DNA of 64,000 nucleotides from Oligoflexia bacterium (GTDB lineage Bacteria; Bdellovibrionota; Bdellovibrionia; JABDDW01): NCBI GenBank assembly GCA_016715815.1, contig JADJXN010000007.1, positions 5,549 to 69,548 of the forward strand, read 5' to 3'. Shown piece by piece: positions 40,856 to 49,652 of this stretch (position 1 is its first letter; each line of letters starts with the position of its first letter). The notes under the pieces were generated by a model. It saw only the letters and a program-made list of their open reading frames with translations, ran no database searches and was not told where the DNA came from. The position numbers and the translations under genes were made by a program.

Positions 40856-42337
40856 TTAAAATTTAAAATAAATAAATCGTTGAGAGGTGTTTGCATATCT
40901 AAATACAAGGCTTAGTGCAAACAGGGTAGAAAGCAGGCCGCCCCAAAACAACCCCATCAAAAGAGGTCTTGATGTTTTTAGGTGCTCAAATTTATTTTTT
41001 AGATTTTCAATAAAAACATACTTACCAGATTTAAGTTGCGTGTAAAAAATGATTTGAATGAGATAACATAAAAAAATGGACAAATAAACATGCCCACTGG
41101 GTGGGGTAACAATTTGGTCTTTTGCTCCTGATAAAAAGTTAGAAATAAAAATCTTAATTACATAAAAACTATCTGCTCTAAAAATGAGCCATGCAAAAAT
41201 AATACAACTTTGTAATAATACAATATTAAAAATCTTTTTAACTAAATACGACCATCCTTCAAGCCTGCTTTGTAGCGTCTTCCAGCTCAGAAGTAGTCTT
41301 TCGACTACCAGTAAAAGTCCGTGAATAAGTCCGCAAATCATAAAAGTCCAGTTGGCTCCATGCCACAATCCAGAAATAACCATGGTAAGTGCTAAAACTG
41401 CAAGTGCGCGCAATTCAGAGCGACTACGGCCACGTAATGGAATGTGAATGTAATCTCTAATCCATTCACTGAGCGTAATATGCCAGCGCCGCCAAAATTC
41501 AGAGGGGGAACTTGCCAAATAGGGGGAAAGAAAATTTTCAGGCAACTCAATTCCAAGTATTTTGCCAGCGCCCCTCCCCATGGTGGTGTAACCACTAAAG
41601 TCACCCCATACTTGAACAGTAAAACCCATTAAAGCTAAAAAAAGAGTTCCTCTGCCGTATACAATAGGGTTTGCAAAAACAGTATCAACGAAATATGCAC
41701 AGCTGTCGGCGATCATTATTTTTTTAAAAAAACCAAAACAAAAAAGGGCAATTCCATCAAGAATTTGATCTGCTTGCGGTTTTTCTAAAACCTGCATTTG
41801 CGGTAAAATTTGTCTCATGCGGATAATGGGGCCTGCTACCAGTTGTGGAAAAAAACTTTTGAAAAAAGCAAACTCTTTGAGGCTTATAAAAGAGGCCTTG
41901 CCTTTTGCATAATCTACCAAATAGCCAATGCCTTGAAGTGTAAAAAAACTAATTCCAATAGGTAGTGGTAATTCTAGTTTTTTGCCCCCATTAAGATTTG
42001 GAAAAATAAATTGCAGCTGCTCCGTAAGCCAAGGAGTATATTTCCAAAAAAACAAATGTAATGTCATAATGCTTATGCCAACGGTAACAAATAGTTTTTT
42101 GTATAAAGGCCATTTATGGGCTGCCCAAAGAGAGAGCCAAGAAAATAAGATAACGGATACAAAAACAATGGTATCAAAAATGCCCGCCCAAGCGTAAAAA
42201 AGAAGGCTGCTAATAAGTAAAAGATAAAATCTTAAAGAATAGGAATTTAATAACAAAAAAAGAAGGGCTGTGGGAATAAGAAGAATTAAAAATTCCGGGT
42301 TAGAATAAATCATTGCCTTCCCCCAAGCTTTATCCAA
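40856..42337 (-). CDS. MBOAT-family membrane-bound O-acyltransferase (AlgI/DltB/PatA-like)
   Basis: 493 aa polytopic; conserved MBOAT core FSGYTTMGRGAGKILGIELPENFLSPY...FWRRWHITLSEWIRDY with the invariant His. Confidence 0.85.
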   Translation of the reverse strand: MDKAWGKAMIYSNPEFLILLIPTALLFLLLNSYSLRFYLLLISSLLFYAWAGIFDTIVFVSVILFSWLSLWAAHKWPLYKKLFVTVGISIMTLHLFFWKYTPWLTEQLQFIFPNLNGGKKLELPLPIGISFFTLQGIGYLVDYAKGKASFISLKEFAFFKSFFPQLVAGPIIRMRQILPQMQVLEKPQADQILDGIALFCFGFFKKIMIADSCAYFVDTVFANPIVYGRGTLFLALMGFTVQVWGDFSGYTTMGRGAGKILGIELPENFLSPYLASSPSEFWRRWHITLSEWIRDYIHIPLRGRSRSELRALAVLALTMVISGLWHGANWTFMICGLIHGLLLVVERLLLSWKTLQSRLEGWSYLVKKIFNIVLLQSCIIFAWLIFRADSFYVIKIFISNFLSGAKDQIVTPPSGHVYLSIFLCYLIQIIFYTQLKSGKYVFIENLKNKFEHLKTSRPLLMGLFWGGLLSTLFALSLVFRYANTSQRFIYFKF

Positions 42338-43608
42338 TGGCTGATTGCTTTAGTTACCTTTTCTGCTCCGCTACGATTGGTGTGGTTTGGATCTAGGCGC
42401 ATGGTTTCTGGCGTATTACCATCAAACACAAAGTCTTGCCAAGTAAGGCCATAGTCTTCCCATTCTGAAACCTTAATTTTAATGTTTGTACTGGCACTTT
42501 CTACTAACATTTTTTTTACATAATCTCTTAAACAAGGGTGTGCATGATCTGAGTGAAGGGGAGTAACAGGAGTTAAATAAATATAAATTTTTTCTGCAAT
42601 TTCGTTTAAAGCTATAAGCATTTGCTTATAGCGTTTTTTTGCATTGTAAATAGATTCTTGTGTGCAGCCCCTTAGCTTTTGGCCTTGAAGTGCGGAGGAA
42701 TAGGGTGGGGTGTATTTTGCCATTTCAGCAATTTGATTTACATCATCTTTAAAAAGCAAATAGCCATTATCGCCTAAATCCTTTATCAATTTACCTTTTA
42801 TGGGTGGTGGGGAGCGGGGGCGGGGGCGTATAAAGAGTAAATAGCGAATTTTTGCAATATCGCCCCAGGTTGGTACATTAAATAAAGTAGGGCCGTTGTA
42901 ATACAGCCATTTTAAATGGCCATGTTGCTCAAAATAATTTTTAAGCAATATATTTTGTTCCTGAATTTCTGCTGTCTCTTGAAAGTCTGCCCACCAGAAA
43001 GAATAGCCAACCACAACACTGTCTAGCTTTTTTTTCTCCTGAGTTTTTTTAATTTCCTTTACGATAAGAGCCATTTTAGTTACAGACTCTTGAAGCATTC
43101 CAAAGCGTGTTAAAAACAGAAATTTTTTATAATTATTCAGGGTGCTTATACTTTTAGAAAACAAATCTGGCATCAGCTCTCGATGTGCTTCTGAGGAGCC
43201 AAAAATTAAAGTGTCCGCCCCATATTTTTTCAATATCTCTAAGTTTCCAAGCCAGGACATCATTAAGAAGGGGTCGTTCATTTGTGTCGACGCTGGCATT
43301 CTTAAATCAAAATCAAATGTAAACTTAAAATACTTGTTCCATAATTGCTCGTCATACAAAAGCGTAATGGGGTAGCCAGCAAATGCAGCGTGAAAAAGAT
43401 CGGGGCGCTCTTGAAGCCTTATCGTTCTTCCAGTTGTTTCGTGCAAAGCTGGGTAAAGCCACCAAAGGCCTGAGGTTTTAATATTTTCGATATTGACCGT
43501 ATTAGAATCATTTTGTGGGGTATTCGGCTTGATTTGGCTAATAACAATAAAAACAGAAATATTAATAATAAAGCTTATGATGGCGGCTTTGGCAAAGATG
43601 GAGCTCAT
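42310..43608 (-). CDS. MBOAT partner protein, periplasmic SGNH/AlgJ-like (putative)
   Basis: N-terminal TM anchor plus 400-aa soluble domain; C-terminal D-x-x-H (LDPNHTNRSG); translationally overlapped with the MBOAT gene. Confidence 0.4.
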   Translation of the reverse strand: MSSIFAKAAIISFIINISVFIVISQIKPNTPQNDSNTVNIENIKTSGLWWLYPALHETTGRTIRLQERPDLFHAAFAGYPITLLYDEQLWNKYFKFTFDFDLRMPASTQMNDPFLMMSWLGNLEILKKYGADTLIFGSSEAHRELMPDLFSKSISTLNNYKKFLFLTRFGMLQESVTKMALIVKEIKKTQEKKKLDSVVVGYSFWWADFQETAEIQEQNILLKNYFEQHGHLKWLYYNGPTLFNVPTWGDIAKIRYLLFIRPRPRSPPPIKGKLIKDLGDNGYLLFKDDVNQIAEMAKYTPPYSSALQGQKLRGCTQESIYNAKKRYKQMLIALNEIAEKIYIYLTPVTPLHSDHAHPCLRDYVKKMLVESASTNIKIKVSEWEDYGLTWQDFVFDGNTPETMRLDPNHTNRSGAEKVTKAISHWIKLGGRQ

Positions 43609-43672
43609 TGATAATATTATGCACTATTTTGATATTCTTGACAGCCCATAAATAGAGTGACAGTATTTTAAC

Positions 43673-44677
43673 ATGTTATCAACGCAAAATAGTTTTAAAA
43701 AATTAAACCGGCCTTTACAAAGCAAAAAAAAATCAAAAAGTATAAAGCTTATCGATTTAATTAAAAGTCATAGGCAGTTTGTTAATAAAAATACTGTTAC
43801 AGAAAATATTGGGGATGGATTTTTGTGCGCAACTAACCCCATTTTTAATACAATCCGTGAAGAATTTTTAAAATACGGATATAAATTTAATAAAGGGGCA
43901 TCAACATACTTTGCCTTTCCTCTGATGGGATTAGATGACATTTTAAATCAAAAAACAGTTCCGGTTTTAAATAACTTCCACTGGCTAGAAAGCATTGAAA
44001 GGCAAAGGCCTGGTTATTTTAACCTACAAGATTTAAATCATTGGGATATCAGTTCCAATTATTTGTTGCACGAATGTGCTCATTGTGTGGCCAATGACAT
44101 AACACTTAAACATATTAATAAGAGTTTACTTAAAACAAAACGCGGTCAGCTAATGCAAATTTTTATTTGCGAAGTTTTTGCAGCAGCGGTAGAAGCCATG
44201 GGAACTTTATTTTTATTTGATCAAACGAGCCATTATTTTTATATGCTAAACTCGTATCAAAAATTCAACGAGTCCCAAATTTTACCCAGAATGCAGCTCA
44301 CTTGCCAAATTGGGTTTAAAAATGTGGTTAAACTCTATATGCTTTTATTTCTTTATTCGTGTTTTTTATATTTAAAACTAGGCAAAAAAGAATCTGCCTT
44401 AGTTTTAAAAGCTATGAACGTTACAAAAGAACAAGAAAAAGCGATTTGGCATTTTTGGGGCCCTAATAGCCAATTTGAGATACGTTTAAATACAAGATTT
44501 AGAGTTCATGCTACGGGTTTGTATTTATCTTCGCGTGGTTATTCAAAGGACGTATTTAAAGAACTTAATTTTGATCCAGTGGATTACATTATTAAAAACC
44601 CATCAATGATGAGTGTTATTAATAAACTCAGCGATGTGTTATGCAAAGATCTTCCCCCTGGTTACTTTCCAGTTTGA
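43673..44677 (+). CDS. hypothetical protein with HEXXH motif
   Basis: 334 aa; LLHECAHCVAND. Confidence 0.35.
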   Translation: MLSTQNSFKKLNRPLQSKKKSKSIKLIDLIKSHRQFVNKNTVTENIGDGFLCATNPIFNTIREEFLKYGYKFNKGASTYFAFPLMGLDDILNQKTVPVLNNFHWLESIERQRPGYFNLQDLNHWDISSNYLLHECAHCVANDITLKHINKSLLKTKRGQLMQIFICEVFAAAVEAMGTLFLFDQTSHYFYMLNSYQKFNESQILPRMQLTCQIGFKNVVKLYMLLFLYSCFLYLKLGKKESALVLKAMNVTKEQEKAIWHFWGPNSQFEIRLNTRFRVHATGLYLSSRGYSKDVFKELNFDPVDYIIKNPSMMSVINKLSDVLCKDLPPGYFPV

Positions 44678-45612
44678 GAATCTTTTAAAATTGCAGCACT
44701 TACAGCATCTAATTTTTTTAAATTTCGCGGGTAATACAGGGCTTTAATTGGAATGCCATAATCCACAATTCTTTTACAAAAATGAAACTCGTTTCTATAT
44801 CTTTCTGGTGAACGGATTACTGTATTAAAGGTATTTGCAATAAGGCCCATAAAGCTTTGATGCGGGCTAATATTTTTAATTAAAATGTTTTTAGTTTTTC
44901 TTTGATCCTCTGGAGAGCATAAAAGATAGATGGCTTTTAGTTTACAGGGCTTGTTGTAGCAAATCTTTCTTTTAAGAGAAAAAATTTTTTTGCTAGTTTC
45001 TGGGTTCATTAAAGAGCCATCATTTTTTAAAAATTCTGAATTTAAAAACCGCTTAGATACCCGAGGAAAAAGTTTAATACGTGGCAGCCCTGGGTAAACT
45101 GTACAATATTTTTTATTCTCCTTTAGGACCACTAGATCATCTGTTAGTAGTGGCAAACCCTTTGATATAAAAGATGCCGCCAGAGTGGATTTTCCGTATC
45201 CCGGGTGCCCTAAGAATACAATGGCCTCATTATTTTTTGTAGTAATCCCTACTCCGTGAAGAGGTTCAATCCCCCTGTCAAGTAAACTAAAAGAGAGCAC
45301 TTGATTTAAGAGGTAATTTTGAAAAGACTCTGACTGCTTTTTAAGGTGCGAATACCATTTAATGGTATGACTATCTGGTGAAATTAAAAATTCAGCTATG
45401 TTCGTCCAACGTAAATACGCAGCACCATCTGGGAGTTTGTAATAGTAAAACCAATTTTGTGGTCTATGCTTACGGCAGGCTAAATTTCTAAATTCTTGTA
45501 TTTTGCCGGGGATAATTTCTATATCGGGTTGTATTTTATTTTTATCTGCCGGCCATGGTAAAATAATGGGGCCACGAATTTTTAATCCATATAAATGGTA
45601 ATTATTAATCAT
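44662..45612 (-). CDS. HPr-kinase-like serine kinase (lasso peptide C-terminal kinase type)
   Basis: HprK C-terminal-domain P-loop LGHPGYGKSTLAA and LLTDDLVVL; 6 nt downstream of the precursor ORF. Confidence 0.75.
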   Translation of the reverse strand: MINNYHLYGLKIRGPIILPWPADKNKIQPDIEIIPGKIQEFRNLACRKHRPQNWFYYYKLPDGAAYLRWTNIAEFLISPDSHTIKWYSHLKKQSESFQNYLLNQVLSFSLLDRGIEPLHGVGITTKNNEAIVFLGHPGYGKSTLAASFISKGLPLLTDDLVVLKENKKYCTVYPGLPRIKLFPRVSKRFLNSEFLKNDGSLMNPETSKKIFSLKRKICYNKPCKLKAIYLLCSPEDQRKTKNILIKNISPHQSFMGLIANTFNTVIRSPERYRNEFHFCKRIVDYGIPIKALYYPRNLKKLDAVSAAILKDSQTGK

Positions 45613-45618
45613 TGAACA

Positions 45619-45795
45619 TTAAGTAGGGGGCCATCCAGATGCCCTGCTATTGGGCTTTCCGCCCCCGCCGTCAAAGCCTCCACCGCCTTTTCTTGCTTTT
45701 ACAACGCTTTTAATGTTGCCGTAATTTGTAAGTTTAGGTGATTCATACTTTTTTTTTATTTGATGTTTCTTTTTGTGCTTCTTTATTTTTTTCAT
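45619..45795 (-). CDS. lasso peptide precursor (58 aa), not in the ORF track
   Basis: MKKIKKHKKKHQIKKKYESPKLTNYGNIKSVVKARKGGGGFDGGGGKPNSRASGWPPT; leader motif Y-xx-P-x-L-xxx-G present; GAGGAA Shine-Dalgarno; ATG overlaps the TGA of the cyclase gene (ATGA). Confidence 0.6.
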   Translation of the reverse strand: MKKIKKHKKKHQIKKKYESPKLTNYGNIKSVVKARKGGGGFDGGGGKPNSRASGWPPT

Positions 45796-47681
45796 TTTTT
45801 TTCCTCAAAATACTGCCTTAGCCAAAGCTCTAAAGCGTATAATTCTGTAACGCCCCATGGTGGAGTATAGCCCGGTGTTCTTGATAAAACTTTTACTTGT
45901 TTCATTAATTTTGTCAACCTTTGTGCGTTAACAAAGCCCTGTCTGGCTATTTCAGTATTATGGCTTAATTGGTTAATAATAAGGGGCATGTCCTTATCTA
46001 GACCCTCTGATGCAGGGTATGTCATATCTCCCTTCCATTTTCGGTTTGTAATCCCAGAGGGTAATATGTTCTTCATGGCGTTTCTTAATAGAGCTCTTGG
46101 CACCCCCCCCCAGTTGATCATTTCGCCTGGTATTGCCATAATAAAATCAAGGATATCTCGGTCCAACATGGGAAAGCTCTGATCGATTTGAAAATAAGTA
46201 CTTATTTTATTGTTCCAATCAAGAGACATAAGCGTGTGCTTTTTTCTTATTTCGGAGTACGTCTCACGCGCATGTTCACTTGCAAAAGACATTTTCTCCC
46301 AAGGGTACAAAATTGGGTGCTGCCAATGTCTAAAGTTTTTTGTAAAAATCAAAAAATCTCTTGGTGAGCCCCTGATTAACTTCGATAGTTTTCTAAGGGG
46401 CGATACAAGGGGCGTAGGGGTATAAGAACGCAGCAAAGATTTAATAAACACTTTATTTAAAAAATCTGTTTTGTCCCCAATATACCATTGATTAAATTCG
46501 CCAAGGTGTTTTTTAACTTTTAAATAGGAAAACTTTTTCGCAAGATCTACTAGATAAGCTTGGGGAAAAAGCAACTGATCTCCCCAGTGGCCGCTGATTA
46601 AGGTCCGGGCCCCATTATTTTTTGCTGCTTCAAAGATTTTTTGTGTTAACTGCCAAGTGTAATCCAAAGAAGGGACTTCTGCTTGGTACAAGACTTTATT
46701 GGCATCTTGTACAATACCTGCAAGGGCTGAGACCTCTATGCGATGGATGGGGGCGACATATTTTTTTTCTAGCTCTAACAAGAAGGCCGTTTCATCGGCT
46801 CGTGGGTTATCTTTTTGATAAAATGAAATTCCAAAAATTGCATTTTTGCCTTCCAACTGTGCTAGAGCAAAAATCGTTGAGGAATCAAGGCCGCCACTTA
46901 CAGTCACCGCAATGGGATAGGAGCTCCGCATTCGGCGTTTAACAGATTTCTTATATAGATCAAAAAATGCTTGGGAATATTCTTCAAAATTAGAAAAACT
47001 AATTGTTTTTTGGGTGTCAAAATCCCAGTACTGCTTTTTCCTAAAAGAGTTGCTTTCAAAGATCAGCATATGAGCGGGCTCTACGGCAAAAATATTTTTA
47101 AAACAAGTAATACTGGTGTCTTGCCTTGTGTTTGATAACATAAATTCTGCAAGCCCTTCATCAGAGGGCTCTTTTGGTATTTGTGGGTGTGTTAAAAGAG
47201 CTTTAATTTCCGAGGCAAAAACTAAATGCTTATTATCTATGTAGTAATAAAGTGGGCGAATGCCAACAACATCTCGCGCTAAAAAAAGTTTTTGTTTTTT
47301 TTTATCAAAAAGTGAAAAAGCATATTCTCCCACTAGTTTTGATGCAAACTCTTCGTCCCATTTTTTGTAGCAATGTAATACAAGTTCTGCATCAGAAATT
47401 TGTAAGCCTTGGGAAAGCCCGCACAGGTTTAAAAGCGACTCTCTGTTATCTATTCGCCCATCAAAAGCCAAATAGAGTCCATTAGGGTCCATGAGTGGCT
47501 GTGTTTCATGGGCCTCTTCCGGAGTAACGCGCATTTGTTGAAATGCTAATGCAAAATTTTGATCGATTATATTTTTTTGGCCATCAGGGCCACGATGGGA
47601 TAAGGCTGAGCTCATTTTATCTAAAATAAAATCCAACTCGGGATAGGAATGTTTAGCCCATATACCTGCTAAGCCGCTCAT
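45792..47681 (-). CDS. asparagine-synthetase-B homolog, lasso peptide cyclase (C protein)
   Basis: N-terminus MSGLAGIW (Ser replaces the glutaminase Cys2); PP-loop SGGLDSS; start taken at the internal Met (track start 47726 adds 15 aa). Confidence 0.8.
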   Translation of the reverse strand: MSGLAGIWAKHSYPELDFILDKMSSALSHRGPDGQKNIIDQNFALAFQQMRVTPEEAHETQPLMDPNGLYLAFDGRIDNRESLLNLCGLSQGLQISDAELVLHCYKKWDEEFASKLVGEYAFSLFDKKKQKLFLARDVVGIRPLYYYIDNKHLVFASEIKALLTHPQIPKEPSDEGLAEFMLSNTRQDTSITCFKNIFAVEPAHMLIFESNSFRKKQYWDFDTQKTISFSNFEEYSQAFFDLYKKSVKRRMRSSYPIAVTVSGGLDSSTIFALAQLEGKNAIFGISFYQKDNPRADETAFLLELEKKYVAPIHRIEVSALAGIVQDANKVLYQAEVPSLDYTWQLTQKIFEAAKNNGARTLISGHWGDQLLFPQAYLVDLAKKFSYLKVKKHLGEFNQWYIGDKTDFLNKVFIKSLLRSYTPTPLVSPLRKLSKLIRGSPRDFLIFTKNFRHWQHPILYPWEKMSFASEHARETYSEIRKKHTLMSLDWNNKISTYFQIDQSFPMLDRDILDFIMAIPGEMINWGGVPRALLRNAMKNILPSGITNRKWKGDMTYPASEGLDKDMPLIINQLSHNTEIARQGFVNAQRLTKLMKQVKVLSRTPGYTPPWGVTELYALELWLRQYFEEKK

Positions 47682-47726
47682 TTTGCCTCCTTGCAAAGTA
47701 TATAGTAAAATGAATATATATAACAA

Positions 47727-48146
47727 ATGCTGTATTTGGCTGAGGGAGTGGTGTTGAGAAAAAGTGTTAGGGATAAGTTTAAATTGCTACTTCAAACCGG
47801 AAGCTATCTATTGGTGTATCGCATTATGTTGAGCTTTGTTAAATATCCACAAATTAGAAGGGGGCTTAACAAAATTAAGCCACAACAGAAGCAAAATTAT
47901 ACATTCGGCCAAATCGCTTGGGCTGTTTCGGCTCTTAGTCGGCGCCTTCCCCTTATGACTTGTTTTGTGCAAGCGCTTACGGCCCATAAACTTTTAAAGC
48001 AAAATGGACACAACACTTTACTTTGTATAGGAGTAAAAAGGGGGCAGGAATTTGAGTCCCATGCTTGGGTTGTATGCCAAGACCAAGTCATTTTAGGTAA
48101 TATTGACAACCTAGACGAGTATCAAATTATTTTTGAGGAAAAATAG
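47727..48146 (+). CDS. transglutaminase-like cysteine protease, lasso leader peptidase (B2 protein)
   Basis: 139 aa; Cys/His/Asp order in ...LMTCFVQAL...ESHAWVVCQDQVILG typical of McjB-like B2 proteins. Confidence 0.75.
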   Translation: MLYLAEGVVLRKSVRDKFKLLLQTGSYLLVYRIMLSFVKYPQIRRGLNKIKPQQKQNYTFGQIAWAVSALSRRLPLMTCFVQALTAHKLLKQNGHNTLLCIGVKRGQEFESHAWVVCQDQVILGNIDNLDEYQIIFEEK

Positions 48147-48158
48147 GTAAAGGTTTAA

Positions 48159-48944
48159 ATGATCAGAATATTTCAAATGCTTTGCTTTCAAAATTTTAAA
48201 GAAGCCTACCCACGGTTTTGGCCAGTATTTGGTGAGGTTATTAATATTGCTCTAAGTTTATCGATATATTGGTTTACAGCAAAAGCTTTTGGAGTGCATT
48301 TTGAAGGAAATTATTTTTCTTACATTCTTATAGGAGATATTGCTCTTGCTATTCCTGCGCTACTATTTACCAGTGTGGCCATGCGCCTAAGGGAATCTAT
48401 TAATGATGGAACCTTCGAGGCTATTTTGGTATCGCCACCAAAAACATATTTTATATATCTACTTTGGGGGTTGGCTAGCCTGCCTCGGGAACTTGTTAGA
48501 ATTTTCCTATTGCTTTTGACGGCAACTTTTTTATTCGATTTTAATATTAGAGAGTACCAATGGTTTAATTTATTTATTTTGGAAATTTTATTTTTCCCTA
48601 TCTTCTTGGCCTTGGGCCTTCTTGGTGCAACCATGCTTATTTTTTGGGGACGAGGTGTGTCGGTAATTAATCAAGCGGCCCTCATGCTAACAGTTTTGGC
48701 CGGCGCCTTTTTTCCAGTAACCGTCCTTCCCGAGATTGCCCAAAAGATTTCATTTTATTTTTCACCTTTCAGCCTTTTCTTGGTAACCGCACGAAAAGTT
48801 TTGCAAAGTGACTGGAGTGTTTTTACTACGGCTCTCCCTTGGATTGGAATTTGGTTTATTACAAGTCTGCCTTTGAGCGTCTTACTTTTTAATTTGGCAA
48901 TCGATCACAATAAAAAAAGAGGAAGCCCGCTGCTAGTCACATGA
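48159..48944 (+). CDS. ABC-2 type transporter permease
   Basis: 261 aa with six predicted TM helices; ABC-2 family hydrophobicity pattern. Confidence 0.65.
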   Translation: MIRIFQMLCFQNFKEAYPRFWPVFGEVINIALSLSIYWFTAKAFGVHFEGNYFSYILIGDIALAIPALLFTSVAMRLRESINDGTFEAILVSPPKTYFIYLLWGLASLPRELVRIFLLLLTATFLFDFNIREYQWFNLFILEILFFPIFLALGLLGATMLIFWGRGVSVINQAALMLTVLAGAFFPVTVLPEIAQKISFYFSPFSLFLVTARKVLQSDWSVFTTALPWIGIWFITSLPLSVLLFNLAIDHNKKRGSPLLVT

Positions 48945-49616
48945 GTTTGTAGTATCAAAAAGGCCCCCATTTTTTAACTCAATACATCTGGAGGCAATAC
49001 TGGATAAAAAATTATGTTCGTGGGCTGAAAATAAAATAGTTTTTTTGTGTTTATTTTGAGTAAAAAAAGATTTTAAAATTTCAGTGGATTTAGAATCTAA
49101 GTGCAGCCCCGGCTCATCTAAAAATAAAATAGAGGGGTCGTGTAGTATTCCCCGAAAGAGGTTAAGTGAGTGCTTCATTCCAGCCGAGCAAACATAAAAT
49201 GGTGTTTTAAGAGCGTCTGTAAATGGGGTAACCTGCTCCCATGTTTTAATTTTTCTATTTATAGCATTTTTATCTAATTTATAAAAAGAGCCAAAAAGGT
49301 ATAGGTTTTGTAGTCCATTTAAGCGGGGAAAAAAGGCACTTTGTGTTGAGGAGATCCAACCCATTTGAACTTTGGCTTTTAAAGGTTCTTTAATAACAGA
49401 ATAACCATTAAGCCACGCGTCCCCTTTTGTTGGTTTTAACAATGTTGCTAAAATACGTAGCAGTGTTGTTTTCCCGGCGCCATTACTTCCCCTTAACAAA
49501 ACAATTTCGCCACTATTAATATTGATATTTATATTGTTGAGAACTTGTTTGGCTCCAAAACAGCGTTGCAGGTCCTTAATTTGTATCGCCAGTGATTTTG
49601 TAGACTCTTGATTCAT
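48933..49616 (-). CDS. ABC transporter ATP-binding protein
   Basis: Walker A GSNGAGKTT, signature CSAGMKHSL, Walker B ILFLDEPG; convergent with and overlapping the permease 3' end by 12 nt. Confidence 0.8.
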   Translation of the reverse strand: MNQESTKSLAIQIKDLQRCFGAKQVLNNINININSGEIVLLRGSNGAGKTTLLRILATLLKPTKGDAWLNGYSVIKEPLKAKVQMGWISSTQSAFFPRLNGLQNLYLFGSFYKLDKNAINRKIKTWEQVTPFTDALKTPFYVCSAGMKHSLNLFRGILHDPSILFLDEPGLHLDSKSTEILKSFFTQNKHKKTILFSAHEHNFLSSIASRCIELKNGGLFDTTNSCD

Positions 49617-49652
49617 TTGTTGCTAGCATAATGATGTTTTGGAGGGGTGTAA

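Noticed and set aside
45640-45680. Alternative lasso core GGGGFDGGGGKPNSRASGWPPT (ring Gly37-Asp42)
   Set aside because: It would give a 6-residue macrolactam, below the 7-9 range of known lasso peptides. The leader-motif spacing instead points to Ala34 as core residue 1 (9-membered ring). It is kept only as a fallback.
47682-47726. Extra 15 N-terminal residues (MLYIFILLYTLQGGK) on the cyclase from the track's most-upstream ATG
   Set aside because: AsnB-family enzymes begin directly with the M-(C/S)-G-I/L-A-G motif. The extension would run into the divergent B2 start with zero intergenic space, so the internal Met at 47681 was preferred.
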